DNA of 64,000 nt from an uncultured Candidatus Saccharibacteria bacterium (GTDB taxonomy: Bacteria > Patescibacteriota > Minisyncoccia > Phycocordibacterales > UBA6065): the NCBI GenBank assembly GCA_964368835.1, contig CAYJCZ010000002.1, positions 19,893 to 83,892 on the forward strand, given 5' to 3'. Below are positions 46,520-55,868 of this stretch, piece after piece. The stretch's first letter is position 1. Each line of letters starts with the position of its first letter. Under the pieces are notes generated by a model. It was not told the origin of the DNA and did not search any database. It saw only the letters and a list, made by a program, of their open reading frames with translations. The translations under genes were made by a program, and so were the position numbers.

Positions 46520-47932
46520 ATGATTGATCTAACAACACTTACGATACAGAAAGCACATAACGCCCTTGTAAAAGGTGACTATACCGTTCGTGAACTTTGC
46601 CAGGCCTATTTGGATCAAATAAAGAAAACCGACGGCGACGTACACGCATACCTCGAAGTTTACGATGACGTAATGAAGCAGGCCGATCTCGCTCAAAAGA
46701 AAGTCGCAAAGGGAAATCTCATGGCGGGAATTCCAATTGCCATCAAAGACAATATTTTGATCGAAGGTAGAAAGGCTTCATCTGCATCAAAAATTCTCGA
46801 AAATTATGTTGCTCCGTATGATGCAACAGCTATCAAAAAGCTTAAAGATGCCGGTGCGGTATTTTTGGGACGAACAAACATGGATGAATTTGCCATGGGT
46901 GGATCAACAGAGAATTCAGCATATGGTCCGACAAAAAATCCTCATGATACTTCTCGAGTAGCAGGTGGTTCATCGGGAGGATCGATTGCAGCCGTGGCGG
47001 GGAATATGGCACTTGCAGCACTTGGTTCTGACACGGGTGGATCTGTGCGTCAGCCAGCATCATTTTGCGGGGTGGTAGGTTTTAAGCCGACGTACGGCTC
47101 TATCTCACGACACGGACTTATGGCAATGGGATCATCGCTTGATGTCATTGGTCCTACAACTAAAACTGTTACCGACGCTGAAATTCTTTTTAATGTTATG
47201 AAAGGTAAGGATCGGTATGATTCTACGTCTATAGATATAGAGGGTGCCGCAAAGACGCCAAAAGTTATTGGCATTCCACGACATTTCCTCAAAGGTGACG
47301 GAATCGATAAAGAAGTAATGCGAGTTTTCGAAGAATCTGTAGAGAAATTCAAAAAACTTGGCTATGAAATCAAAGACATTGAACTTCCGAATATCGAATA
47401 CTCACTTGCTGTGTACTATGTCCTAATGCCTGCAGAAGTTTCGACCAATCTTTCGCGCTTCGACGGTATAAAATACGGTCTTCACAAAGAAGGCAAAAAT
47501 CTCCTCGAAGATTATTTCCTTTCGCGTGGTGAAGGGTTTGGTCCCGAAGCTCGTCGCCGTATCATGCTTGGAGCGTATGTGCTTTCGTCTGGCTATTACG
47601 ACGCCTATTACAACAAAGCAAACGCAGTACGAGAACTCCTTAAGGCTGATTTCGCCCAGGCTTTCAAATCTGTAGATGCAATTCTTACTCCAACAGCTCC
47701 AGCTCCAGCATTTAAGATAGGTGAGAAGACCTCTGACCCGGTTGCGATGTACCTCGAAGATATTTTTACGGTCACGGCAAACCTTGTTGGTGCTCCGGCA
47801 ATATCAATTCCTGCAGGTGAAAAGGCGGTTGAAGGAAAGAAACTTCCTATAGGTATTCAGCTTGTTTCTGCTGCTGGAACCGAAGATATCCTCTTTTCGC
47901 TCGGAAAAAAATTCTTAGGTGAGGTAGAATAG
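46520..47932 (+). CDS. gatA: Glu/Asp-tRNA amidotransferase subunit A
   Basis: Amidase signature GGSSGGSIAAVA...GSDTGGSVRQPA. 470 aa. Confidence 0.95.
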   Translation: MIDLTTLTIQKAHNALVKGDYTVRELCQAYLDQIKKTDGDVHAYLEVYDDVMKQADLAQKKVAKGNLMAGIPIAIKDNILIEGRKASSASKILENYVAPYDATAIKKLKDAGAVFLGRTNMDEFAMGGSTENSAYGPTKNPHDTSRVAGGSSGGSIAAVAGNMALAALGSDTGGSVRQPASFCGVVGFKPTYGSISRHGLMAMGSSLDVIGPTTKTVTDAEILFNVMKGKDRYDSTSIDIEGAAKTPKVIGIPRHFLKGDGIDKEVMRVFEESVEKFKKLGYEIKDIELPNIEYSLAVYYVLMPAEVSTNLSRFDGIKYGLHKEGKNLLEDYFLSRGEGFGPEARRRIMLGAYVLSSGYYDAYYNKANAVRELLKADFAQAFKSVDAILTPTAPAPAFKIGEKTSDPVAMYLEDIFTVTANLVGAPAISIPAGEKAVEGKKLPIGIQLVSAAGTEDILFSLGKKFLGEVE

Positions 47933-47936
47933 AAGG

Positions 47937-48518
47937 GTGGACAGCGTAAATTTCTTAAATCTCGAATATCTATTCCTGCGAATTTTTGATTTTTTCAAAA
48001 ACTTCGACATTATCGCGATTCTCAACGCGATTATAGACTTTATTAGACTTTTGCTTCCGTTATCGATTCTCCTTACGGCGTTCTTTATCTATGTCATCGT
48101 GTACAGTCACAAGAAGCTTGTGAAGCTCTATGAAGATGAAGATAGGCACTACAAGGCAGTCGCCCTCAAACAGGCGCAGATCGAAGGCGCAACAGATCCA
48201 GTGCTTCATGAGAGATGGCTAAAGGTTGAGAGTCACATCAACTCACATACACCTTCTGACTGGCGTTTGGCTATCATCGAGGCAGACATCATACTTAATG
48301 ATGTGCTCGAGAAAATGGGCTACCAGGGCGACTCAATTGGTGAGAAGCTCAAAGGTATCAAGAAGGAGGATATGCTCACCCTAGACCTCGCCTGGGACGC
48401 TCACAAGGTCCGTAACCACATTGCTCACAAGGGTGGTGAGTTTGATCTCGATGAGCGAGAAGCTAAGCGCGTTATAGGGCTTTATAAGAAGGTTTTTGAA
48501 GAATCTCACCTTATATAG
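47937..48518 (+). CDS. Hypothetical membrane-anchored protein with C-terminal HEPN-like (DUF4145-like) motif
   Basis: Two N-terminal TMs. C-terminal AHKVRNHIAHKGGEF (RNxxxH) is similar in pattern to LRNRLVHGE in the 26300 gene. Confidence 0.35.
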   Translation: MDSVNFLNLEYLFLRIFDFFKNFDIIAILNAIIDFIRLLLPLSILLTAFFIYVIVYSHKKLVKLYEDEDRHYKAVALKQAQIEGATDPVLHERWLKVESHINSHTPSDWRLAIIEADIILNDVLEKMGYQGDSIGEKLKGIKKEDMLTLDLAWDAHKVRNHIAHKGGEFDLDEREAKRVIGLYKKVFEESHLI

Positions 48519-48606
48519 GTGTCTACAGGAGAGGGCCACATGAGAGGGCCACATGAGAGGCTTGCAAGCAAAGTTTTGGCGTTGTATACTATTTGAGCTG
48601 GAATAT

Positions 48607-48680
<74 letters not shown>

Positions 48681-48689
48681 CAAGTAAAA

Positions 48690-48720
48690 CAAAAGACCCC
48701 ATAACGGGGTCTTTTGTTTT
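48690..48720. terminator. Bidirectional rho-independent terminator
   Basis: gacccc-ataac-ggggtc flanked by A- and T-runs. Confidence 0.6.
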
Positions 48721-48730
48721 GAGAAGTAAC

Positions 48731-49234
48731 TTATTTACCGATAAGTCCTGTGTCTACTACTGCTGCCTGATTTACCCTAAACCTCAAGCGATAGTCTGAA
48801 TCTGAGATCTTTGATCCTGCCTTTGTTCCAGGTGTTACTGTCACAAGAGCGACTGTGAATGTGTCGATCTTTGCAGGTACATTGAGACCTACAATGCTTT
48901 CTTTGGTGATACCACCGTTCTGGAGAGACTTAACGTTTACACGCACTGTTCCAGCCTGGATACACTGCACGTCTGATGGGCATCGGCTATCTTCAACGAT
49001 AGAAAGTGGGGTAATTGAAATACCGTTAAAGTTTGCTGTCTCACCAAGCTTAAGCTCAACTTCACCGTACGGTCGGATTGCGAGAGAGCTGGTAGGTGAG
49101 GTTGAAGTGCTGGTTTCGTTTCCTGTTACTTCAACTGCTGGAGTCTTTGGTCTAAAGATAAAGAAGAGTGCAACGATGACAATGATCGCTACTACTATCC
49201 AAATCCAAGCCTTACTGTTTTGTTCTTGTTCCAT
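48731..49234 (-). CDS. Hypothetical membrane-anchored secreted protein (167 aa)
   Basis: N-terminal TM (AWIWIVVAIIVIVALFFIF) followed by a Thr/Ser-rich linker and a beta-rich domain. Confidence 0.4.
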   Translation of the reverse strand: MEQEQNSKAWIWIVVAIIVIVALFFIFRPKTPAVEVTGNETSTSTSPTSSLAIRPYGEVELKLGETANFNGISITPLSIVEDSRCPSDVQCIQAGTVRVNVKSLQNGGITKESIVGLNVPAKIDTFTVALVTVTPGTKAGSKISDSDYRLRFRVNQAAVVDTGLIGK

Positions 49235-49534
49235 AATAATTTTGTTAACGCTACGATAATACTACACATCTATACATTGCCTTTGTTTCAGGGAATTGCA
49301 AGTATTGCGACACTCTAAAGGACGAATTTCAAGACATCTTAATCTTCTGCAGATAAAAACACCCGGGAGAGGGTGTTTTTATCAATCACTATTAGAAGGA
49401 CACATAGATATTACGGAGACCCTAAAACCTTTCTTTCAAATTTATTTTTAAATAACAAACAGGTAAGTAAGTCAAATAAATCTTGGAAAACAGGCTCTGC
49501 CGTGATATCGTAGGAAAACGCTTGGATAGCGCAT

Positions 49535-49607
49535 GTCAGGATAGCTCAGTCGGTAGAGCACAGGACTCATAAGCCTGGGGTCGTGGGTTCGATCCCCACT
49601 CCTGACA
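49535..49607 (+). tRNA. tRNA-Met (anticodon CAU; elongator or tRNA-Ile2 type)
   Basis: Acceptor gtcagga/tcctgac, anticodon loop ctcataa, T arm gtggg-ttcgatc-cccac. Confidence 0.65.
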
Positions 49608-49688
49608 CAGGGAAGGTTTTGGCGGGGAAGCGACATACCGCCAAGACCTCGATTTTTATTAGAATATATGCTTAAATAGTCGCACAAT

Positions 49689-49762
49689 GCGGGTGTAGCT
49701 CAGCTGGTTAGAGCGCTTCCCTGTCACGGAAGAGGCCGAGGGTTCGAGTCCCTTCACTCGCG
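49689..49762 (+). tRNA. tRNA-Asp (anticodon GUC)
   Basis: Acceptor gcgggtg/cactcgc, anticodon stem cttcc/ggaag with loop ctgtcac, T arm gaggg-ttcgagt-ccctt. Confidence 0.85.
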
Positions 49763-49770
49763 CAGAAGGT

Positions 49771-49798
49771 AAAAACCGAGATAACGTCTCGGTTTTTA
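49771..49798 (+). terminator. Terminator after the tRNA-Asp
   Basis: accgaga-taacg-tctcggt followed by tttt. Confidence 0.55.
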
Positions 49799-49809
49799 CT
49801 TGCACGATC

Positions 49810-50019
49810 ATGCACCTAAACCTATTGCTGAAACGTACTATTAGTGGTCACTTAAAAAATAAACACATGAATGACACAAATTCAACGACGAATACTATTC
49901 TAGTTATTTTGCTCGTGGTTATAGTTGGTTTTGTGGTTTGGTATATGGTTGATCAGAGAAAAGAAGTGCCAGAAGACACGGGTAATAATAACCCTGTTGT
50001 AGAGGTTCAACTTCCATAA
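49810..50019 (+). CDS. Small membrane protein (69 aa)
   Basis: Single TM (ILVILLVVIVGFVVWYMV). Followed by the terminator aaaccggttt-caa-aaccggtttttt (50036-50066). Confidence 0.3.
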   Translation: MHLNLLLKRTISGHLKNKHMNDTNSTTNTILVILLVVIVGFVVWYMVDQRKEVPEDTGNNNPVVEVQLP

Positions 50020-50087
50020 GGCCTAAGTAGGCAAGCAAAAAACCGGTTTCAAACCGGTTTTTTGTATTCTTTCTATCGAGATCGATT

Positions 50088-50540
50088 TTAACGCACCAAG
50101 TTACCGATAAGTCCCATTGACCGAGGATTCTTATTAAATTTTATAATTACGAGTGTCATGTACGCACAGAGAGACGCCGTCACTAATGTTGCTACTATTG
50201 ATTGAACCGGCAAAGCCGCATAGAGGGTCTGAGCGGCGTGACTGACATATGAAGGAGAGAAAGCGAGATTCTGAGAAAGCGCTTGAATCATTTCTTCGAC
50301 ATGGACTTCTTTAATTCGGCGATAGAGTTCGACCGATAGAACCATAAAGTTTACGAAGAGGATGGCGGTTGCGGCAAAGAGATACTTGCCATAGCTTGCT
50401 ACAAAAACCCGTTTCATTATTTTAGAGTGCAGATCACGCGGCATGGGCACGTCATCGAGTAGGTCCTTCTTACCTTGGAACTCGAAAGAAAGATTCGTCA
50501 TGTATATTGATTTATTGATAATTAACAAGTAATGTCGCAA
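50088..50540 (-). CDS. Putative membrane anti-sigma factor
   Basis: Overlaps the 3' end of the ECF sigma gene. One or two TMs. No recognisable domain. Confidence 0.35.
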   Translation of the reverse strand: MRHYLLIINKSIYMTNLSFEFQGKKDLLDDVPMPRDLHSKIMKRVFVASYGKYLFAATAILFVNFMVLSVELYRRIKEVHVEEMIQALSQNLAFSPSYVSHAAQTLYAALPVQSIVATLVTASLCAYMTLVIIKFNKNPRSMGLIGNLVR

Positions 50541-51054
50541 GCTGCTTCTTTGCCCGTGAAAGTCGAGTCTTCAAGGTATTTATAGGTATAGCCAGCATAT
50601 CTGCTATTTCCTCATAACTAAAGCCATCCTTGTAATATAGCAGGATGGGACCCTTATAAAGCGTATCAAGACGGTCGATGGCCGCTGACACGTCTTTAGA
50701 CTCAATGTTCTCCTCCACTGACACACTGTAATACGATTTCGTATCTATGCTTGTTTCGTGTTCTTCGTCGAGTTCTACGAGAGATTCACGCTTCTTTTTC
50801 CGAAGGTAATCGTAGGCGGTATTTGTGGCAATTGTATAGATCCAGGACTTGATATTTCGGGAACCGTCGATCGTCTTTATGTGTTTGTATACTTTTACAA
50901 AAGTGTCCTGAATAAGGTCTTCAGCGTCGTCTTTGCTGCCTGAGAGGCGGACAAGGTAATTCCAAAGTGGCTTTTCAAACTCGAAAATGATTTGCTCAAA
51001 CGCGACCAAGTCGCCGTTTTTTGCTCGTTCAATTGTTTCGGCAGGAATGTTCAT
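50512..51054 (-). CDS. ECF-type RNA polymerase sigma factor (sigma-70 family)
   Basis: Region 2 (DAEDLIQDTFVKVYKH...WIYTIATNTAYDYLRKKKRE) and region 4 (YEEIADMLAIPINTLKTRLSRAKKQL). Start set at the internal ATG (MNIPAETIERAK). Confidence 0.8.
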   Translation of the reverse strand: MNIPAETIERAKNGDLVAFEQIIFEFEKPLWNYLVRLSGSKDDAEDLIQDTFVKVYKHIKTIDGSRNIKSWIYTIATNTAYDYLRKKKRESLVELDEEHETSIDTKSYYSVSVEENIESKDVSAAIDRLDTLYKGPILLYYKDGFSYEEIADMLAIPINTLKTRLSRAKKQLATLLVNYQ

Positions 51055-51150
51055 GTACTTAATATTACGCTTCAGAGTTTCTATTTGTTTCAATGCACCC
51101 CTTAGCACTATATAGAGACGTAGTAGCACTGTAAGTCTTACAACAAGGAT

Positions 51151-51828
51151 ATGCAATTAAATACACTTGATCCAAAAAAAGCCGTCGAAATACAAAAAGA
51201 ATTAAAGTCTTTGCTGAGCATTGTGCCTATGGAAAAAATGCCTAGAATGATTGCGGGGGCTGATGCATCAGTTAAAAAATTTGGTAATGAGCTATATGCG
51301 GGGATTGTGGTTTTGTCATATCCAGAACTTAAGCCAATCTGTCATGCACTTACAAAAGTTGAGATCACGTTTCCGTATGTTCCAGGACTTTTGTCGTTTC
51401 GAGAAATGCCGGGACTTTTGGAGTGCTTAGAAAAGTTACCGGTTAAACCGCATCTTATTATTGTCGATGGACAGGGGATTGCGCACCCTCGAAGGATGGG
51501 CATCGCATCTCATCTCGGACTTATATCAGGAATTCCTACGATTGGTTGTGCTAAGTCACGACTTTTTGGAGCCTTTAAGGCACCGACGATACCAGGTGAG
51601 TCATCTCCAATTACCGATTCGAGTACAGGTGATTTTTTGGGTTTCGCGTATAAATCAAACAAACGTTCGAACCCACTCATTATTTCTCCTGGACACTTGA
51701 TTGATCAAAAAGGGTCGCTTGAGATTGTAATGGCAACGATTCGTGATTATAAATTGCCAGAGCCCACAAGACTCGCTCATGAGCTTGTGAATAAGTTTAG
51801 AAGGGGAGAAGTGCCTCAGAGTGAGTAA
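51151..51828 (+). CDS. nfi: Endonuclease V
   Basis: GADAS ... FPYVPGLLSFRE ... IIVDGQGIAHPRRMGIASHLG ... IGCAKS motifs. 225 aa. Confidence 0.85.
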   Translation: MQLNTLDPKKAVEIQKELKSLLSIVPMEKMPRMIAGADASVKKFGNELYAGIVVLSYPELKPICHALTKVEITFPYVPGLLSFREMPGLLECLEKLPVKPHLIIVDGQGIAHPRRMGIASHLGLISGIPTIGCAKSRLFGAFKAPTIPGESSPITDSSTGDFLGFAYKSNKRSNPLIISPGHLIDQKGSLEIVMATIRDYKLPEPTRLAHELVNKFRRGEVPQSE

Positions 51829-51838
51829 GTTTTCTTTG

Positions 51839-51911
51839 AGCCACCTCCCAGGATCGAACCGGGGACCTCTACTTTACGAAAGTATTGCTCTACCAACTGA
51901 GCTAAGGTGGC
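51839..51911 (-). tRNA. tRNA-Thr (anticodon CGU)
   Basis: Reverse complement is gccacct-ta-gctcagttggtagagc-a-atact-ttcgtaa-agtag-aggtc-cccgg-ttcgatc-ctggg-aggtggc-t. Confidence 0.75.
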
Positions 51912-51926
51912 AGTAAACATGCCGGG

Positions 51927-51999
51927 AGCCAACGTCCGGGATCGAACCGGAGACCTCGTCATTACCAATGACGTGCTCTACCGACTGAGCTACGTTGGC
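51927..51999 (-). tRNA. tRNA-Thr (anticodon GGU)
   Basis: Reverse complement is gccaacg-ta-gctcagtcggtagagc-a-cgtca-ttggtaa-tgacg-aggtc-tccgg-ttcgatc-ccgga-cgttggc-t. Confidence 0.85.
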
Positions 52000-52061
52000 T
52001 TTCAAGGAAAGTCGAAAAGACAAGGCCTACTATAGATTATTTTGGGCTTTTTTGCAAAAAT

Positions 52062-52089
52062 TTGACAATCGGTTATTTTGCGTTATTAT
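52062..52089 (+). promoter_or_regulatory. Sigma-70-like promoter (TTGACA - 16 nt - TATTAT)
   Basis: Canonical -35 at 52062-52067 and -10 at 52084-52089, upstream of a structured non-coding region. Confidence 0.4.
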
Positions 52090-52095
52090 AGTACT

Positions 52096-52246
52096 AGACG
52101 GCCGTTCTTCGATCACCGGCCTGTCTGATTGCCGGGGTCCCCGAGGTTAGCGCGCCCAATAAATGTTTTCCTGCGGGGACCCCTTGTTCTTTCTTACGAT
52201 GAGATTTTCTCATCCAGCCGTCGCACTTAAAATGCGCGGCTTTTTT
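52096..52246 (+). ncRNA. Candidate structured small RNA or leader (about 150 nt, four hairpins, ends in a terminator)
   Basis: Four hairpins: gacggccg...cggcctgtc; ccggggtcccc...ggggacccc (9-bp stem); gatgaga-ttt-tctcatc; and the terminator gccgtcgca-cttaaaa-tgcgcggc followed by tttttt. No ORF of note. A -10 (tatact, 52263-52268) for prfB follows. Confidence 0.35.
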
Positions 52247-52275
52247 ATTTATAAGAGTGGGGTATACTCAAATTT

Positions 52276-53145
52276 ATGGCAGATCCACAGAAAAGAATCC
52301 TGGAGATTGAGGCACTCATGGCTGAGGCTACCTTTTGGGATAACAAAGATAAGGCGCAAGCAGCTTTGAAGGAACTCAATTCACTCAAATCAGAAGCAGC
52401 AGAGGTAGAAAAGTTTGAAAGGGGAAATGCAATCATAACTATTTTTTCGGGTGCGGGAGGCGATGATGCGGAAGACTTTTCACGCATCTTACTTGAGATG
52501 TATATGAAGTATTTTGATCGGCTGGGTTGGTCGGTGCATTTTTTGCATCAAAACCAGAATGACCATGGGGGCTATAGAAATGTGACATTCGAGGTTATCG
52601 GCAAAGGCGCATATGGAAAGCTTAAGAATGAATCAGGCGTACATAGATTGGTTCGAATTTCACCCTTTAATGCAAAAAAACTTCGACATACTTCATTTAG
52701 TTTAGTCGAAGTGATTCCGAAATTCGATAAAGCAGAAAATATTCCTATTCCTCAAGATGAGATAAAGATTGATTTTGCACGATCATCCGGGCCAGGTGGG
52801 CAAAATGTTAACAAACGTGAGACAGCTGTGCGTCTGGTGCATATACCAACAAAAATTGCAGTGCATGTTGATACAGAGCGCTCACAGGCACAGAATCGAG
52901 AAATTGCTATGGATATTCTGCGCGCAAAGCTTTACAAGCTACGTGATGATGAACGCAAAGCAAAAGAGCGGGGTATGTATATTTCAAAAACAACTGACAT
53001 CGAATGGGGAAATCAGATTCGTTCATACGTTACGCACCCTTACAAAATGGTCAAAGATCATAGAACTGATGCGGAAACTTCAAATGTGGATGGGGTTTTT
53101 GAGGGAGATTTGGATATGTTTATTGAGGCTGAAAAAGGGCTTTAA
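52276..53145 (+). CDS. prfB: Peptide chain release factor 2 (short form, no programmed frameshift)
   Basis: SPF tripeptide (RISPFNAKK) and GGQ (SGPGGQNVNKRETAVRLVH) motifs. 289 aa, and the alignment starts around E. coli RF2 residue 30. The in-frame upstream sequence hits a stop after 8 codons, and no CTT TGA C shift site was found. Confidence 0.85.
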   Translation: MADPQKRILEIEALMAEATFWDNKDKAQAALKELNSLKSEAAEVEKFERGNAIITIFSGAGGDDAEDFSRILLEMYMKYFDRLGWSVHFLHQNQNDHGGYRNVTFEVIGKGAYGKLKNESGVHRLVRISPFNAKKLRHTSFSLVEVIPKFDKAENIPIPQDEIKIDFARSSGPGGQNVNKRETAVRLVHIPTKIAVHVDTERSQAQNREIAMDILRAKLYKLRDDERKAKERGMYISKTTDIEWGNQIRSYVTHPYKMVKDHRTDAETSNVDGVFEGDLDMFIEAEKGL

Positions 53146-53220
53146 TTAAAGCTGTGCGGGTATGGTAGAATAGTTGCATACGGCATGCGCGGTAAATCTG
53201 TTTTCTAGACGACCCAACCT

Positions 53221-53901
53221 ATGATTCATTTCGATAAAGTAACAAAAATATACGCTGACGATTCTATCGCTCTTGAGGAAGTAACCTTAAAGATTGAGCC
53301 GAAAGAATTTGTCTCTATTGTAGGCCATTCAGGCGCAGGTAAAACTACGCTTATTAAAATGATATTGGCAGAGGAGAATCCAACAAGAGGTGTTGTGCTT
53401 TTTGAGTCCACGAACATTCATAAAATCAAACGACAGAGAATGCCTGAGTATCGTCGCCGCTTTGGGACAGTATTTCAGGATTTTAGGCTCATTCCAAATA
53501 AGACAGTATTTGAAAATATTGCGTTTGCTATGGAGGCGGCAGGAAGGTCCGACGAAGAGATTGCATCGGATGTACCGCACGTGCTTGAGCTTGTTGATTT
53601 GGGCAAGAAAATCTGGAGTTTTCCTCGAGAGCTCTCTGGTGGTGAAAAACAGCGTGTGGCTATTGCTCGCGCAATCGTAAATCAGCCAGATGTGATTATT
53701 GCCGATGAACCAACAGGAAACCTCGATCCTGTTAACACCTATGAAATTGTTCAGATTCTAAAGAAAATTAATGATTTCGGTACGACGGTTATTCTTACGA
53801 CCCATAACAAAGGTGTAATCGAGTCTATTGGCAGGCGAGTGATTACTATGGAGAAGGGACGAGTGGTTCGTGACGACAAGGACGGTAAATACGCAATTTA
53901 A
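53221..53901 (+). CDS. ftsE: Cell-division ABC ATPase FtsE
   Basis: Walker A GHSGAGKTT, signature LSGGEKQRVAIARA, Walker B IIADEPTGNLD. 226 aa. Confidence 0.9.
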   Translation: MIHFDKVTKIYADDSIALEEVTLKIEPKEFVSIVGHSGAGKTTLIKMILAEENPTRGVVLFESTNIHKIKRQRMPEYRRRFGTVFQDFRLIPNKTVFENIAFAMEAAGRSDEEIASDVPHVLELVDLGKKIWSFPRELSGGEKQRVAIARAIVNQPDVIIADEPTGNLDPVNTYEIVQILKKINDFGTTVILTTHNKGVIESIGRRVITMEKGRVVRDDKDGKYAI

Positions 53902-53915
53902 TTTTCATAAAGAAC

Positions 53916-54833
53916 ATGTTTTGGCTTAATACACGGCGCATAATAAAATCAGGATTTGTATCATTTTGGCGAAACGGATTTGTTTCGCTTTCATCTGTTC
54001 TTATTATTACGCTTACACTTTTTGCACTCGGTGGAATTGTGTTTGCCGGAGCACTTCTCAACTCATCACTTCAGGAAATAAAATCAAAGGTTGATGTAAA
54101 CGTGTATTTTGTGCCATCAGCAAAAGAGGAAGATGTTTTGGCACTTAAAAATAAAATAGAAAGCCTGGCTGAGGTTGCGACGGTGCAATATATTTCAAAG
54201 GATGAGGCTCTGCAGAATTTTAAGGAGCGTCACGTTAATGATCAGATTACACTTCAAGCGCTCGAAGAGCTCGGTGAAAACCCACTTGGGGCAATTCTTA
54301 ACATTAAAGCAAAAGAAACTTCTCAGTATGAAGGTATCGCAAAGTTTCTAGACTCTGAGGCGGGAAGCGACGGTGCTTTTATAGATAAAGTTAACTATTA
54401 TCAGAATAAGACCGCGATAGATACACTTACTCGAATAATCGATGGAGGTACAAAAATTGCCCTCGGCATAACCCTTGTGCTTGTCCTTGTATCGATCCTC
54501 ATTGCTTTCAATACAATTAGACTCGCTATCTACATTGCACGAGAGGAAATCTCTGTCATGAGGCTTGTAGGGGCATCTAACAGGTATATTCGAGGACCAT
54601 TTATTATGGCGGGTATCATGTACGGGTTCGTTTCAGCCCTCCTTACTCTTGCTCTCTTTTATCCAGCAACATTTTGGCTTTCTTCAATTACAGAAACATT
54701 CTTTAGTGGCTTTAATGTATTGGCATATTACATCGCTAATTTTCTTCAGATATTTGTACTTATCTCTGGAACAGGAATTGTACTCGGTGCAATCTCAAGC
54801 TACCTCGCGGTTCGAAAATATCTCCGTATATAG
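53916..54833 (+). CDS. ftsX: Cell-division permease FtsX
   Basis: N-terminal TM, large periplasmic loop, three C-terminal TMs, directly downstream of ftsE. Confidence 0.85.
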   Translation: MFWLNTRRIIKSGFVSFWRNGFVSLSSVLIITLTLFALGGIVFAGALLNSSLQEIKSKVDVNVYFVPSAKEEDVLALKNKIESLAEVATVQYISKDEALQNFKERHVNDQITLQALEELGENPLGAILNIKAKETSQYEGIAKFLDSEAGSDGAFIDKVNYYQNKTAIDTLTRIIDGGTKIALGITLVLVLVSILIAFNTIRLAIYIAREEISVMRLVGASNRYIRGPFIMAGIMYGFVSALLTLALFYPATFWLSSITETFFSGFNVLAYYIANFLQIFVLISGTGIVLGAISSYLAVRKYLRI

Positions 54834-54846
54834 TTTTTAGAACATT

Positions 54847-55782
54847 ATGTCTTCGGCACGCTTTAAACATTTGCTATCAAAGCAAAGTATCATCATTGCA
54901 CTTGCGGTTGTAGTGCTGATTTCCTCTGCCTTTTTACTTAAAAAGGAAACGGGTGGTAATTTATTTGCTACAAAAATTCTCTTTGTTGGCGATATGATGT
55001 TTGATCGAACAATCAGGTCCATTGCAGAAAAGAAGGGTTATGAACATATTTTTTCCTGTCTATCGGACTATGTTACTGGCTTTGATGCAGTGGTTGGTAA
55101 CCTTGAGGGGCCGATAACTCCGTATGCGTCAAAGAGCTCTGGAACGATTCCTGGAGAAGAAGGGAATACAACATTTACGTTTGATCAGGCCGTGGCAGGA
55201 GTCTTGGCGCGGTTTAACTTTACTTTAGTTCACTTGGGCAACAATCATATTCGTGATTTCGGGAGAGAAGGAGTGTCTACAACAAAAGCATTTTTGGAAG
55301 CAGAATCGATAGGTTATTTTGGCGCACCAAATGAAGAGATTTCAATAGTTAAAAAAATCGGTGGGACGAAAATTGCATTCGTCTCCTTTAATCAATTTCT
55401 TGGGCAGAATGATCCGCAAAAAACTATTGATGCAATCTGGAAAGCGAAACGCGAGGCTGATGTTACTGTTGTGTACACACATTGGGGAGATGAGTATGTT
55501 GAACCTACAGAATATATGAAGTCACTCGCACATAGATTTATAGATGCAGGTGCTGATATGGTGGTGGGATCACATCCTCACGTAATCCAGTCTCATGAGG
55601 TGTATGAAGGGAAACATATTTATTATTCCTTAGGAAATTTTATTTTTGATCAGTACTGGACATCGGAAGTTAAAATCGGGCAGGGACTTGAGGTCACATT
55701 TAAGGGTAACGATATATCTATCGCAGAGCGTTATTTTGATATAGGAAGAGATGGCAGAACATGTGTTTTAGTTAGTAAATAG
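54847..55782 (+). CDS. CapA/PGA_cap-family metallophosphatase-like protein
   Basis: N-terminal TM. Motifs VGDMMFDR, VHLGNNHIRDFG and HWGDEY...GSHPHV are typical of CapA (poly-gamma-glutamate capsule synthesis-type) proteins. Confidence 0.7.
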   Translation: MSSARFKHLLSKQSIIIALAVVVLISSAFLLKKETGGNLFATKILFVGDMMFDRTIRSIAEKKGYEHIFSCLSDYVTGFDAVVGNLEGPITPYASKSSGTIPGEEGNTTFTFDQAVAGVLARFNFTLVHLGNNHIRDFGREGVSTTKAFLEAESIGYFGAPNEEISIVKKIGGTKIAFVSFNQFLGQNDPQKTIDAIWKAKREADVTVVYTHWGDEYVEPTEYMKSLAHRFIDAGADMVVGSHPHVIQSHEVYEGKHIYYSLGNFIFDQYWTSEVKIGQGLEVTFKGNDISIAERYFDIGRDGRTCVLVSK

Positions 55783-55868
55783 GCGCTATTTACGAAACTT
55801 TTCAGTCTCCAGGTCGTAGTATTTATAGGGGTGCTTTCGGCACCCTGTTTACAATTAATATCTATCCT

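Noticed and set aside
52140-52290. Search for the prfB +1 frameshift site (CTT TGA C) and an upstream exon
   Set aside because: It is not present. The upstream in-frame codons reach TAA after 8 codons, and the only upstream ORF (52163..52369) is not RF2-like. RF2 here is simply short.
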